Assembly (NCBI RefSeq): GCF_009914755.1 | Contig: NC_060929.1 | From: the human T2T-CHM13v2.0 reference genome, Homo sapiens | Direction: 5' to 3' (one strand) | Length of the DNA: 64,000 nucleotides | Shown here: piece by piece, positions 1-14,440 of the stretch | How positions within the stretch are numbered: position 1 is the first letter of the stretch | How the letters are laid out: the number at the start of each line of letters is the position of its first letter | Notes under the pieces: generated by a model | Told to the model about the DNA's origin: nothing | Databases searched by the model: none | The model's input: only the letters and a program-made list of their open reading frames with translations | Position numbers and translations under genes: made by a program

Positions 1-1484
1 TGGCTTCAACTTAAAATCACCAACCAGCTGCATTAGTCTTTAACAATAGAGTCAGACTGCCTTTGAAGCTTTGAAGCCAGGCATGACTTTTCCTCTCTAG
101 GTATGTGATATGGTCTGGCTCTGTGTCCCCACCCAAACCTCATCTTAAATTTTAATCTGAATTGTAATCCCCACGTGTTGAGGGAAGGACCTCGTGGGAG
201 GTGATTAGATCATGGGTGTGATTCCCCATGCTGTTCTTATGATAGTGAGTGAGTTCTCAGAAGAGTTGATGGTTTTATAAGGGGCTTTTTCCCCCCTCAC
301 TCTGCACTTCTTCTTCCTGCCACCTTGTGAAAAAGGTGCCTTGCTTCCCCTTTGTCTTCTGTCATGATTGTAAGTTTCCTGAGGCTTCCCGAGCTATGCA
401 CAACTGTGAGTCAATTAAAACTCTTTCCTTCATAAATTACCCAGACTTGGGTATTTCTTTATAGCAGCATGAGAATGGACTAATACAGTATGACTATCCA
501 AATGGCATCTTCTTCCAATATAAACTTGTTTCATCCACACTGAAAATCCAGTGTTTAGTGTAGCTGCCTTCATACATTAGCTGGATTTTCTAGATAGCTT
601 CCTGCAGCTGCTACATCAACCCTTGCTGCTTCATGTTACATTTTTATGTCATTAAGATGGCTTCTTTCCCAAAACCTTGTGAACCAACCTCTGCTAGCTT
701 CAAAATTTTTTTCTGCAGCTTCCTCACCTCCGTCAGTCTTCAAAGAATTGAGAAAATTTAGGGCTTTGTTCTACATTAGGTTTTGGCTTCAGGAAATGTT
801 GTAGCTCATTTGATATTCTGTTCAGACCACAAAAAAAAATTATATCAGCATTAAGACTGATTTAATTTATTATCATTTGTATTTCCACTGGAGTAACAAT
901 TTTAATTTCCTCCAAGAACTTTTCCTTTGTATTTACAACTTGGCTCACTTATGTGAAAGGCCTAGCTTTCAGACTCTCTTGGCTTTCAATATATCTTCAT
1001 CTTCAATCATTTCTAGCTTTTGATTTGATTTGTGAGATGTGTGAGTCTTCTTTTCACTTGAACACTTAGAGAATTATGAATTGTTATTGTTGTGTCTCAG
1101 AGAATAAGGAGGCCTAAGGAGAGAGAGCGAGCTAGAGGAATGGCCAATTGGTAGAGCAGTCAGAACACACACAACATTTATTGATTAAGTTCATCATTTT
1201 ATATGGCTGTGGTTTGTGGTACCCCAAAAACAAAAACAATTGCAATAGTAACGTCATGGATCACTAGTCCAAATAATCATAACATATATAATAATAATTT
1301 AAATGTTAGAAGTGTTGTGAGAACTAGAAAAATATGCCACAAACACATAAAGTGAGTTCATGCTGCTGGAAAAACGGTGCTGATACCTTGCTGGAACCAG
1401 GGCTGCCACAAACCTTGAATTTGTAAGAAATGTACTATCTGCAAAGTGCAATAAAGCAAAGCACAATGAAATGAGATATGCCTG
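1..1484 (-). mobile_element. Tigger1 DNA transposon (TcMar-Tigger), 5' portion, degenerate, interrupted by a THE1 LTR
   Basis: Right end reverse-complements to a CAGGCATA.. Tigger1 terminus followed by TA (1485-1486); the body matches remembered Tigger1 transposase 5' sequence; it runs off the window on the left. Confidence 0.9.
106..487 (+). mobile_element. THE1D/MSTA-type MaLR solo LTR nested in Tigger1
   Basis: TGATATGG...CTAATACA termini; perfect 5-bp TSD GTATG (101-105, 488-492). Confidence 0.92.
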
Positions 1485-2952
1485 TATATATAAGTGATTA
1501 TTAAGTTTATTAAGTGCATCAAATTTCGTAACAGTGCTTTAGAATCAAGAGAACATGATATGCTTAACTGACTGCAAAAATTTCCATGTGACAGGCATAT
1601 TTTTTCTGGGTCTTTGCTGTATATCTGTTCAATATGTAGCAGATACCCAATAGGTATTTGTTAAACACTAAATAGATAAAGAAGGAAGGAGAAAATAATA
1701 ACTGATATTTCAGATTCAGTAAATGTAATAGTTGGAAGTTCCAGAGGGCAGAACTAGCCCAATTTATTTATTCAGTGGGGTCTTTGATTACCTAATAGGC
1801 AGCTGACTCTGCTTAGAAGTGAGGCTGCAAAGGTGAATATAACAAGTCCCTGAACTAAGGTATCTTCAATTAAATGGTCAAGACAAGTATTCATAAAGAA
1901 TGATTATGGTGTAACACATTAATTTATGAAAAGGTAAAGATAAAAATAAATAATAGGTTGTGGAAGAGAGTTTGAAGAGTGTTAGCTGGGATAGGAAGAG
2001 AGGGTGAATCTTTTGGATCAAGGATGTGACAAATGTAAAAACACTGAAAAGGGAAAAAGCATAGCCAAAATGAGTCACAATAATTGTCTTGGAATGTCTA
2101 AAACACATAGACGGGATTGACTAACCAAAAGGGATAAGAGGGAAATTATAAAACACCTATGTGCAAACAAGGGATATAAAATGTATTCTCACTCCTTTTT
2201 GATATCCCTTTTGGTTAATTTAGATATGTAGCTAATGACTAGTTGGTAAATTTTAGGACAAAAAAATAATGTTCTAGGAAATGGACTTGACCAAAGACAG
2301 AATGGACAACTACCAAGGAAGGTTAAAACTTTCCACCGACTTACAATATTTCATCTATAGTTGACAAACACTCCTGTAACTATAGCATATTTGAAAAAGA
2401 TAATACCTAAATTCCCTTTCACCTTAACATCTTAAATTTTTATCATCCCCCCAAGTTTCTAAGATATATTTTGAAAATGTTTGCAACAATGTCTTATGCT
2501 AAACGTTCTAGTGAAAATTCATAACCATATGAGTAGTCACTATTATATGAAATAAAGAAAATTACAATATTTATGAACTTTCTAAGGTGTACAATGTTGT
2601 AAAAAACTTCCTTTGATTTTTTTTTGTTAAAATATTACAGCATTTTACATTTAACAAAATGTTCTGAAATAATGTGAAAAGCACATAAGGTTACAAGCGT
2701 GGATCTGTCTTCTTCTTGACTGAAACAAACCCTTAATTATTGTATAAAGACTTTTTTCCCTTTAGGAAGTTTGCTTTTGGCTATGACGAGGTGGATTGCA
2801 AACTGTGAGAGATATTTTTTTATTTTCTTCTAATCTCTAAAGATAGTAGTTCTGTGTAGAACCGTGTAGATTTATCAAAGTTATTAAATAGCTTGGCTGA
2901 GTTATCCCTTTATTTGTATAAACATACGTGAGAAGTTGTTTGTTTGTTTTAA

Positions 2953-3432
2953 ATTTTGGTAAAATACATATATAACATAAAACTTACCATTTGAACAATT
3001 TTTAGGTGTACAGTCAAGTAGTATTAAATACATTCACACTATTGTACAACCATCAACATCACCTTCCTAACTCTTTTCATCTTGAAAAATTGAAGCTCTA
3101 TACTCATTAAGTAATAACTCTCTAATCCTCCCTTCCCTCAGCACCTGGTCACCATTTTACTTAATATGTCTATGAGTTGGACAACTCTAGGTGCCCCCTA
3201 TAACTGGAGTTATACAATATGTCTTTTTGTGACTGTCTTAGTTTACTTAGCATAATGCACATAAAGTTCATCTATGTTGTAGCATGTATCAGAATTTCCT
3301 CCCTTTTTGGGTCTGAAAAAGATTCTGTTATATATTTATAACACATTTTGTTTTCCATTCGTCCATGGATGGACACATGGCTACTTCCACCATCTTGCAT
3401 TATGAAAAATGCTGCTATGAACATGGGTGTAT
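2953..3432 (-). mobile_element. L1MB-type LINE-1 3' end fragment
   Basis: Typical antisense L1M 3'UTR text (aacataaaa..ttaccattt..gtgtacag..tacattcaca; cttagcataatg; aatgctgctatgaacatgggtgt). Confidence 0.8.
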
Positions 3433-4509
3433 AATATTGTATTCTCAAACATGTAAGTTACTAGCTGAGTAATTTTGATATCAGTTTTAAAGCTTTTTAG
3501 AACAGAATTTGCTTGTCATTGTTTTGTTTTGTCCCATTTTTACCTAAAATAAGAACTTCAGGAAGATTCAATAAGTTTTCAGGTCAAAAGGAAATAAATA
3601 TGACCTAATATAGTACTTACCTCACATATGCTTTGCTTATAAAACTAATAATTCTGTAATCTCTACTCCATTCTTCCTAAAAAATGGTTATTATTGGTGT
3701 GATTTAAAAATTGCAAAACTGAATACTTAATTAAGGAAGGCAAATATTGCAATCTTTTCATAAGGATTATAGATGAAATGTTAAAGATACAGCAATGACC
3801 TCTATTGTAGATGCACCAATTATCTTCAGTTAAACAAAGAGAAAGAGAAAATTGCTCAAATTTAATTCTGTCAATGTGAGCAAAATATATTTTCTATCAT
3901 TTTAAATACTTAGCATAAAAGACATACTGGAGTATATTAGATCGAAACTATCCAATATGGTCAGTTAATTCTGTATAATAAAATTATGCAACCACAAAAA
4001 TAACATATTTCACTGTCTCAAAATTGAAATAGTTTCCAAATACTTATTTCAGAATTAAAACAATATGATTTATTATTGGTAATAACTTTAAGAAAAGACA
4101 AAAAAATCATGTTTTAGGCATTTCAAGATCAATAGAGTTAGGTTTATACTAATAAGGTAAACTATTAAATCACATTATTTATTAAAATGAATTGATATAA
4201 CCTGCATGGCTTATTAAAATGATTAATGTGGCCTATGGATGAAAAACTCAACTGAGATATGATTTAAAACATATAATAACTATCACATAAGTACATTACT
4301 AAAACAAATACTACCATGAAACATAACAAATTAAAATCTTGAAGGAGAAACACATGTAAGTATAGAATATTATAAACATGTCAGAATTTTATTAATTTTA
4401 GAAGTAAATACATAGAGTGCTAGAGCAGAAGTTATATAACTGCTAATACAGATTTCAAATAGCATTCATTGCAAAGCATCAGCATTACTTAAATTGAACA
4501 AATTTCAGT

Positions 4510-5033
4510 TGTCAAATATCTCCAGACAAAGGCCACCAAGAACACAGTGATAGTTGAACAAGTTGAATTTATGACTCTTTGCATGAAAGGAAAACACACA
4601 GCAAAGAAAGCCATAGTGCCTCTCTCAGTAAGAGAAAGACCTATTACAGGATTTGAGCTTTGGTCCGGTAATTCAGGGGAGGGTCCAAGGATTCAGGCTT
4701 TGATCATGATTGGATGCTGTCAGGAAGACAGACAAGTTCATAATTGAGAACCTCAACAAATCTTATCTACAGGAAGGATAGACTAGGTAAAGAAGCAGCC
4801 ATAATTCATTTTAGCAGAGAGAGGAGGATGTTCGAGTACTTCATGGGGTACATGGTGACCTTGTTTTATCTCACTTTATCATCCCTTCAACGTGACCTGA
4901 TGTTGTTATGCTCTGTGAGATTGTTTATGTTCACCAGGAGAACAGTGTTCTCTAGCTGGGAGCATCAAGTCAGCTTGTAGTAACACATAACCTTACCTAG
5001 TTCAGGATGTTAGGTGTCATTTTCTTTCTCACA
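4510..5033 (-). mobile_element. ERVL solo LTR, MER76-like
   Basis: TGTCA...TCTCACA termini; gttgaacaagttg, attggatgctgtcaggaag and tctgtgagattgtttatgt motifs match the remembered MER76 consensus. Confidence 0.65.
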
Positions 5034-5720
5034 GTTTAGTGCAGCAGCTAGCTACCAACTATATAATCAAAACACAGAGGTTCATAAAATAATATAACAA
5101 CAATTCTGAAAATGATGTGAACTCCGCTTGATAATGCATTCATAGTTGTATGACTACATTAAGCCTTAAAAGAGTTTAAGTGAATTGCTAACAGATTACC
5201 ACTGATTTTTGACACAATCAGGAAGCAAATTCATTTCTTTTGATCTGAGTATTGGACACTGTCTTCTATACCAGGTTATTCTCCCAAATGACATGCCATA
5301 TGCATTTCAATAATGCAGTCACTATATTCTAGAATAGAAAGCCATCAAGTGGTTAATAAATCTTGTTTCTTTTACAGTGGTGGCTAATGAAGAGTAAACA
5401 GATATCATTGGAAGTTGAGGATCTAGGATACCATGATCTCCACAATGAATTCAGGCAGATAAGCTCTGCTTATATCAACTTGATATATTGCATCTTACGT
5501 ATGTATATATGATGCAGTATATTAAATTATAATCATACATATAAAATTCTACCCAATGTTTAATAAAAAAGTTTATTTGTTAGAAATGATTATAAACACT
5601 GATGTATGCAATAAATGTTGTACAAGTGGGTGGTACTAAATAATTATATGATTACAAAGAAATTTGATTAACAGAAATAAGTGTTCAGACCACATAATAT
5701 TCTTTTTAAATTTATTTTCC

Positions 5721-6020
5721 TTTTTTTAACTTTTATTTTAAGTTCAGGGGTACAAGTGTAGGTTTGTTACACAGGTAAACTTGTGTCATGGAGGTTTGTT
5801 GTACAGATTATTTTATCACCCAGGTATTAAGCCTAGTATCCATTAGTTATTTTTTCCTGATCCTCTCCCTCCTTCCACCCTCCATCCTCTGAAAGGCCTC
5901 TGTGTGTGTTGTTCCCCTCTATGTGTCTATATGTTCTCATCATTTAGCACCCACTTATAAATGAGAACATGTGGTATTTGATTTTCTGTTCTTGTGTTAG
6001 TTTGTTAAGGATAATGGTCT
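5721..6020 (-). mobile_element. L1PA13-16-type 3' end, 5'-truncated
   Basis: T-rich tail then aacttttattttaagttcaggggtaca...cccacttataaatgagaacatg. Confidence 0.88.
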
Positions 6021-6420
6021 TCTCAGAAATCTATAAGGATTAAAATCTATAAGGATTAAAATGCAAGTGATATATAAGTGAACTATGGTAGGAAGCGAAT
6101 TGGCACATTTTACCATTTCATCTCACTAATTTGTTACACTAAAGACCTTTGAAAAATATTACACAAAATTTCAGCATTTTAAAAAAAATTGTGGATTTAT
6201 TCAGAATTATTAACTTGGTTTCAAAACTTGCTTCACTTATCTATCACAAAGGAGGTAAACGTATATTGCTAATTTGCTATGCTCTTATAATAGGTTATGA
6301 CAGCTTGTTTTTTAAAAGAATATGCATTCATCGAGGAACTGGAGATTTAATGTATGCAATCAGCATTCAGCAAAGGAAGGAGACATTTTGGTATTAAAAA
6401 AACTATTTGTATATTAAGTA

Positions 6421-6577
6421 CAGTAAGTCCTTGCTTGACGATGTTGTTAAGTTCTTGGAATCTATGACTTTAAGCAACATGACAAATGGGAAGTCTTTGA
6501 GTAACATCATTTTGTTCCACATTGTTGGGTGATAACATTGATAAGGAAAAAAATGGGTTTGTTATATGTCATTTTGA
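6421..6577. mobile_element. MER6B-like Tigger MITE, truncated
   Basis: TA|CAGTAAGTCC terminus and gttcttggaa..gactttaagc..gaaaaaaatgggtttgttata body. Confidence 0.6.
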
Positions 6578-7879
6578 ATACATATTCCTAATTTCAGTGT
6601 ATTTTCCTACATAAAACTATTATATTTAGTAAATTAATTAGCCTATCCTCTTTGCAAAATAAAACATTTACCAATTGTGAAGGGAAGAAAGGACAGTGGT
6701 TAATGGAGAGACAAGGAAGGTTGAAATACATGCCGAATAAAAGAAAGGTTTAACTATATGGCACTGGAAACAAACAATTTGAGTGTGAAGGACGTATTTT
6801 CTCTCAAGGATTATACAATATGAGAAATTAATCAGAAATCAAAGCAATGAATTCAACCAGTTAGGAAAATTGGTAGAATGGTATGAAGTATAAATGAAGA
6901 AAATGCATTTTAAAATATAGAAAATTTGGGACCATGGTGTTATGTCCCACTTAACAACCAAAATAATAAAAATTTGATTGTGCAAAAGGTGATTATTAAA
7001 TTTACTAGTAGAGTTTAATGAGGGCAGATATTGAATGCTAGGAGATGGGTAATAGAAAGTTTCAATAAATCATTTTCTAATAATTTCATAAACTTCCTTT
7101 CAATAGCTACCTGCTACCTCCAGGTTATTGGTGGATCTCCTGTTATTGGACTTCATTAAAATAAAAACAAATCTGTGGCATTTATGTCAAGTCAAAAGAA
7201 TCTATGCATTCAGAGTTGTGGCAGGAGCACATATGAATAAAGGAGTCCCTTTACTACATTCTAAGGAAGAATTTGCATGTTCTATTACAGACAATTATTT
7301 GTTCTCAGCCATGTCTGTCCTGATACAGCTATCCAGATAGCCTTATCTTCCAATTCCTCTCACTCAGAAAATTTTTTTATTGTGTCCTCTGGAATTCATG
7401 GCCAGTCAGCATCAAAATTCTATATAATCTCAATATATTTCTTTTATTTGAATTTTGCCCTAATAGGAGATTGTGTTGAAGACACATCTTATTCAGCAGC
7501 CCATATCATTCACATCTCCCTGTGCTTTTCTTCAATCTGATGTGAATTCATTTTTTAGCACACCAGGTCCAAAATGTTGTTGCATAGACAGTTTGACTTT
7601 CAAGATTTTTAGATGCCTCCTTCTGCCTCTTTCAACTGGCAAATGTGTCATAGCAAAAATCTGAACAGAACATCTAATTTATGTTTATGTGCTTCCCTTC
7701 TTTCTGGAGTCTTGCCTCCTCAAGTCTCTGCTGCTTGGTAGAGATCTCAGGTGCCCTCTAACACTTTATCTTTCATATTTTATCCAGCCTTACTAATTAG
7801 TCTAGCAAGACGGATGGCTATATTCAAGTTCATCTGCTATAGCTAGAAGCAAATATTCTTGTATCTAGCTATTAAGATT

Positions 7880-8400
7880 TGACAAGGCATAAGAAATAAA
7901 GAGGCAAAACTGTCATCATTTACAGATGATACGATTCAACACTTTCAGTATACAGGAGCCAAGACTGAAAAAAATGACTCTAAACATGATGGCAAATGAT
8001 TAAGGTAGGTGAATACAAAATAAAAATAAATAGTTCATAACATATACATTATATAATTAGAAAACACCCTATTTTGCAAAGCAAAAAACTTGAAACAGAC
8101 CTCATAATCAATGTGCATGATTTTTAAGGGGAAAAATTGTATACTATTGGAGAACTTAAAGTAAGTTGTTATCAAATATATAAGCATGTAATGTCTTGGA
8201 ATAAAAACACAACATCATAATGATGACAATTCAGTCCATATTAATCTATAAATGTAATAAAATAATGGCAAAATAGAAATATGTTTTCCGCAATCACTGT
8301 CAAGTCAAATCCAAATTTTATGTAGAAAGATAAAATAACCAGAAAATCCCTAATAAGGTGGTTAGTCAGGAGGAACAAGAATGATCATATAATAAAATAT
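7880..8400 (+). mobile_element. Ancient L1M ORF2 (RT) remnant
   Basis: aaactgtcatcatttacagatgatacgatt = KLSSFTDDTI, a decayed KLSLFADDMI motif; A-rich L1-like continuation. Confidence 0.6.
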
Positions 8401-8619
8401 ATTATATAATCTTATTAAAGAATTTTATTTAAAGAAGCAACTTAATTCTATTCCCATTTTAGTAAAATCACTGTAATATATAGAAAGGATTATGAAACAG
8501 CAACACTGAAGAGAGAAGTTAGCTTTTTCAGTGATACTTGCAAAATAATAGAATTCTGAATTAGAGAAATAGCAGTAAGGCGAGAGAGAGATTTAGTAGA
8601 TGTTATCAATCATAATACT

Positions 8620-8850
8620 CTTAATACAACAGTAGCTGACACATACAGTGTTTATATAGTAAGGCGCTGTGTATATCTCAATGTATTTTACCCACACAAA
8701 AACCTTTGTGTTGAGTTCTACTTTAATTTCAATTTGGCAGATGTGGGAATTAAGGGATAGAATAATTGCACAAATTGCCCAAGATCACGTAGTTACTTAA
8801 AAACAGCATGATTCTGGCTTCACATTCTGGGCTAGCAGCCTCAAAAGTGT
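8620..8850 (-). mobile_element. MIR SINE
   Basis: Core cagatgtgggaattaagg...ttgcccaagatcac. Confidence 0.6.
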
Positions 8851-8965
8851 ACAATTTCACTAAGAGTTGCTGTGACATGATTGGCTGTGGCCTGTGACAA
8901 TGTCAATGAACTTGTCTCTGACTTAGGGTGTGGGTGAACTATAGTAGTGTCGTGTATAGAAAGAT

Positions 8966-8967
<2 letters not shown>

Positions 8968-8999
<32 letters not shown>
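8968..8999. repeat. (AC)16 microsatellite
   Basis: Direct read. Confidence 0.97.
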
Positions 9000-9001
<2 letters not shown>

Positions 9002-9391
9002 CAGTTAAGAATAAAAAGATCTTGGGTCATCTTTTGAGCAGCATGATTTGAATGATGTCTCATAAGCAGTGTATATATAAATCCAGCTGTGATTAGTGAT
9101 ATCTGAGCTGGCAGAAGAGACCTGGAAATTATCAGTCCATCAATAATAATTAAAGGCATGAAAATGAGATACAAAAGCATTAAAAATAAGAAGCAACTTG
9201 AACTGTCATTGATCTCTCAATAATAGACACATGTAAAGAACAGACAGAATAAATTGAATGAAGAGACACTGAGAAGGCATATCCAGAGAGGGAGAGAGAG
9301 AGAAAGGAAGAAGCAAACTCAAAGAAGTATGGTGTTCCACATGATAATATAAGTGAACGGAGTTTTTGAAGGTAAAATTCAAATAGACAAC

Positions 9392-9768
9392 TGCCATGGT
9401 TTGAATATTTATCTCAAAACTTAACGCTGAAATTTAATCATCAGTGTAATGATATTGAGAAGTGGGCCTTTATGAGGCGATTAGGCCAGGAGGGATCTGC
9501 CCACATGGGTAGATCAAATACTTTTGAAAAGGACATTAAGAAATGAGTTTTAGCTCCACTGTTCTGCCATGTGGAGAACAGTGTTTCTTTCCTCTGGAGG
9601 TTACATCTTAGAAGCAGAGATGGGGTCCTTACTAGACATCAAACTGGCTGGTGCCTTGAACTTAAACTTCTCAGCCCCCAGAACTGTGAGAAAAAAAAAA
9701 AATCTATTCTTTATCAATTACCCAATTTCAGGTATTTTTTTTGTAGAAGTACAAAACAGACTAAGATA
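9392..9768 (+). mobile_element. MSTC/MLT1A-type MaLR solo LTR
   Basis: TGCCATGG...CTAAGATA termini, cagaactgtgag motif, near-TSD ACAAC/ATAAC. Confidence 0.85.
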
Positions 9769-9772
9769 ATAA

Positions 9773-10091
<319 letters not shown>

Positions 10092-10194
10092 TCTGTCTTT
10101 CTTCTTATGTAATTTGAATATAATTCTTTTCTAAGATTCCCAAAATATTAGCCCTGTCATTTTCTTTCCATTATTTACAGCAATTTTTCTTTTA

Positions 10195-10390
10195 AAAAAA
10201 CAGCTTTTATTTTAGATACGGGGGTACATGTGTAGAATTGTTACATAGTGTATTAGACCCACGTAGTGAGCATAGCACCCAATAGGTAGTTTTTCTCCCA
10301 TGTCTCTCTCCTTCCATCCTTTCCCTAGTAGTCTGCAGTGTCTATTATCCCTGTGTTTATATCCATGTGTGCTCAGTGTTTACCTGCCAT
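10195..10390 (-). mobile_element. L1PA16/L1PB-type 3' end fragment
   Basis: cttttattttagatacgggggtacatgtg...gtagtgagcatagcacccaataggtag. Confidence 0.75.
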
Positions 10391-10409
10391 ACACACTTTC
10401 TTAGTAGGG

Positions 10410-10788
10410 GGGTACCATTCTTACCTGTAAAGCAACAGTAAACATTACTATCTGTGGACTTGCAGAGTTTTGGTTCCACTGGCATCAAAACACATTATTA
10501 TTCCATTAGACCAAGACTTAGTTTATGGTAAAGGAGAAGAGTAAGTGGGCCTATGACCATGAGATGACGTACTGACCCACCCAGAAGCTGTCAGTGTGAG
10601 AGAGTGCTGAAAAGGCCTGCACAGCTAAAATGCCAGTTTGGAGCCAATACTTCCTGAGAATTGTGTTTCATCATCTAGGACGCAGCATATAGATAATAGA
10701 AGATCTTTGATGGCTCTGTGGCTCTAGTGGAAAGAATATATGCATTTGGAATGTAACGTATGCAAAGAGGAGTGGCCCCATTACTTAA
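10410..10788 (+). mobile_element. Old ERVL/MLT-internal integrase remnant
   Basis: Collinear with the HERV-L integrase region at ~29330-29730 of this window (cacccagaagctg ~ catcctgaagcag; gagtggcccca ~ aagtggaacca). Confidence 0.55.
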
Positions 10789-10790
10789 TA

Positions 10791-11221
10791 CAGTAGTTCC
10801 CTCTTATCCTCGGTGGATCTATTCCAAGACCCCCCATGGGTGCATGGAATTGCAGGTCGTACCATATCCTATATATACTATGTTTCTTCCTGTATATACA
10901 TATCTATCATAAAGCTTAATTTATAAATTAGGAACAGTAGAGATAACAACAATAACTAATAATACAATAAAAAATTATGACAGTATGCCAGTATTATTAG
11001 TCTTGAGCTTTGGGATTATTGTTAAGTAAAATAAGGTTTACTTAAGCACAAGCACATCGATATCACCATAGTCATTCTGATAACCGAGCTGGCTACTAAG
11101 TAACTAATTATAGGCCAGTAATGTGGACAACATGGTTATATGTGCTGGACAAAGGGATGATTCATGTCTCAGGGAGGACAGAATGGGATGGTTTGAGGTT
11201 TCATCACGCTACTCAGAATGG
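10791..11221 (+). mobile_element. MER44B (Tigger7-derived) DNA element, 3'-truncated
   Basis: TA|CAGTAGTTCCCTCTTATCC terminus; ctggacaaagggatgattcatgtc..tttcatcacgctactcagaatgg. Confidence 0.85.
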
Positions 11222-11577
11222 CTCTGAAGCTGCTATTGCCTATCTCAGTGCCCCATGTCAGGCTCAAATGAACTACCCCTTATACTCCTACCCTGCTCAG
11301 TTGCTGTATGCCGGCTGGTCTGAAGAAGATGGGGAGACTTAGGGTAAAAGCACTTCACGCAGCTGAAGCAGACTCTGAAGAACTGAACTTGAAGGGGGAT
11401 CTCAGTGGCACATCTTACAGTTTGCCACTGGCTCCCCTCACCTATGATTAAGAAGAAATGCCTCAATCAGATGATTCAGCAAACACTTACACACAACATC
11501 TGCCAGTCCACATTATTCAGAAAAATGCAATGTCATTCCTTATGGAAAGTTGCCTTACTAGTCTGTGTGAGTCCTCA

Positions 11578-12376
11578 TGTTACTGGGGGTCCTTGCTCCC
11601 AGAGCTACCAAGACGGTAATGGGACGCTTCCAAAATGGCCGCAAGCTGTTTCCAAGATGGTGGCTAGCCTGGTGGTAGCTGACCTGGGGTTCCTGGCCTC
11701 ACGGATTCAAAGGAATGGAATCTTGGGCCATGCGGTGAGTGTTACAGCTCTGTTAGCTCTATTAGAAGCCGTGGGTCATGGAAGAGAACCGTGGAACCCA
11801 GTGACTAGTGTTCAGCTCGATTAGAACGAACCTGGGCACTTAGCCATGCAGGAACAATGGCAAGCCTTTAGTCGGATCGGGAGCAGCAATGGGCACCTCA
11901 CTGGATCAGGAGCACAGAGGACACCCTGCCGGATCCGAAGGGATGGAAGTCAGCGCGTGTCTGCGGCAGTGGCAAACAGCAGTGGTGGACAGAGAGTGAA
12001 AGCTCAGCTTGAGCTGTAACAAACACAGACCAGAAGAGAGTGCAGTTGTAAGATTTAATAGAGTAAAATAGAGTGAAAACAGAGCTCCCATACAAAGGGA
12101 AGGGACCCAAAGCGGGTAGCTGTTGCTGGCTCGAATGCCTGGGTTTATATCCTAATCATTGTCCCTCCCGCTGTGCTCTCAGGCAATAGATGATTGGCTA
12201 TTTCTTTACCTCCTGTTTTTGCCAAATTAGCATTTTAGTGAGGTCTCTTTACTATCCGATTCATCGGGTGTGAGCTAAGTTGCAAGCCCTGTGTTTAAAG
12301 GTAGAAGCGGTCACCTTCCCAGCTAGGCTTAGGGATTCTTAGTCGGCCTAGGAAATCCAGCTCGTCCTGTCTCTCA
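11578..12376 (-). mobile_element. LTR17 (HERV-W) full-length solo LTR
   Basis: Minus strand begins TGAGAGACAGGACGAGCTGGATTTCCTAGGCCGACTAAG and ends CCCCCAGTAACA; CCAAT 12193-12197, GATATAAA 12144-12151, ATTAAA 12054-12059. Confidence 0.93.
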
Positions 12377-13787
12377 CTAGTATTAAAAACAAACTGAACA
12401 AGAAGTTAACTAGTCACAAAGATGGGAGATATAAACATCGCTTTTTCTCCAAAGCAGACCATGCATAAAGACCCACCTTGAACAAAGTAAAATTGAGTAT
12501 AACAGCTAGAGAAGAAAGTTATTAAATGAATTGTCTTCAGTTACATTTAGAGTTAACTGGAATTTACTAGTAAGACCAGGACTTTTACTGAACAATTTTA
12601 GCCAGTAAGTTGGGTTATAACACTAATTTACATTCAGCAATCTTTGGAATAGTCCTAAGCCTGAAAATAAATCTTTCATTTCCAAAGATCTCAAAGCTAT
12701 GTAACAATATTTATTTGAAATAAAATATCTCGGCTTGTGGCAACTAATTTAGAACCAAACTTAAAAGTCAGTTTCAGTTCAGATAACAAGGACATAGTGA
12801 AGATAATAAAAACATCCTCATGGGAAGAAAAGATATATAGTGGTTGTAATTTGAAATACCCTTCAGTGTCTTAGTATAATCATCCTTTATGTATTCAGGC
12901 TCATAAATAAGTAGGACAAATGAGAGTATGTAAATATTCCAGAATGTAAGATATTTCTACCATCTTTGTTCTTCAAAGCAGCATCCATGACAAGGCTGGT
13001 GTAATTATTTAAGTGCATTCCTGTGAGGGGCAAAATTAATGCGACTGTTATCTTACTGAACAATAAACGCATCAGGTGAAATGATTAGCATTTAGACATT
13101 AAATACACAATTTCAAAAAAAACTATACTAACTCCAAATAGAAGTATGTTGAAGTTTGTTAATAAGCTACTTGTTCCTTTCTGAAGAGTCATGATAGGTT
13201 TTTAAGACATAAATTTGAATATTTTATGTCGAGTCCATATTAACTTATAATAAACATTACCCTTTTTACTGATATTAGATAGGTTTAACCTAGGCTTTCT
13301 GAAATTTTACATAAATAGTAATGCTTTCAGGAGAATTCTTTTCTGTTTTTTTTTTTTTTTCTAAAAAAGACATGTTAATTGTTGCTTTAATAATCACCAA
13401 ACATTTGTGTTGAATAAGTATTTATTCATCACTTTCCTTGTATCAGGAACTGTGAAAGGCATTAGGGCTGCAAAGACAGATAAGCTACAATCCCCAGAAA
13501 AATAGATTGATCATTCTATTTGCAAGACAATTTACTGAGTATAATCATTTATGAAGCAAATGCTATGGGAACACATTGGTTTGAATGACTAATTCTTACA
13601 GCAAAAAGTCATTTGTAAATATCTTACATTTTGAACAGAAATTTTAAAAATATTTGCAGAATCAGGACCTGACCTCTGTGTAAGTTTAAGATCCAGGCCT
13701 CATTTTTGGTCTTCTTGAAGCTGCTTCATAGAACAACAAATGCAAATAAAAAAAGATGCTTAATTCTCCCTTTTGAAGATAAGGGAA

Positions 13788-14440
<653 letters not shown>

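Noticed and set aside
6027-6058. 16-nt tandem duplication beside the L1 truncation point
   Set aside because: Common slippage event; no further structure.
11578-12376. LTR17 as the 3'LTR of the 20842-24945 provirus
   Set aside because: Its sequence and length differ from the 5'LTR, and 8.5 kb of unrelated older repeats lie between them.
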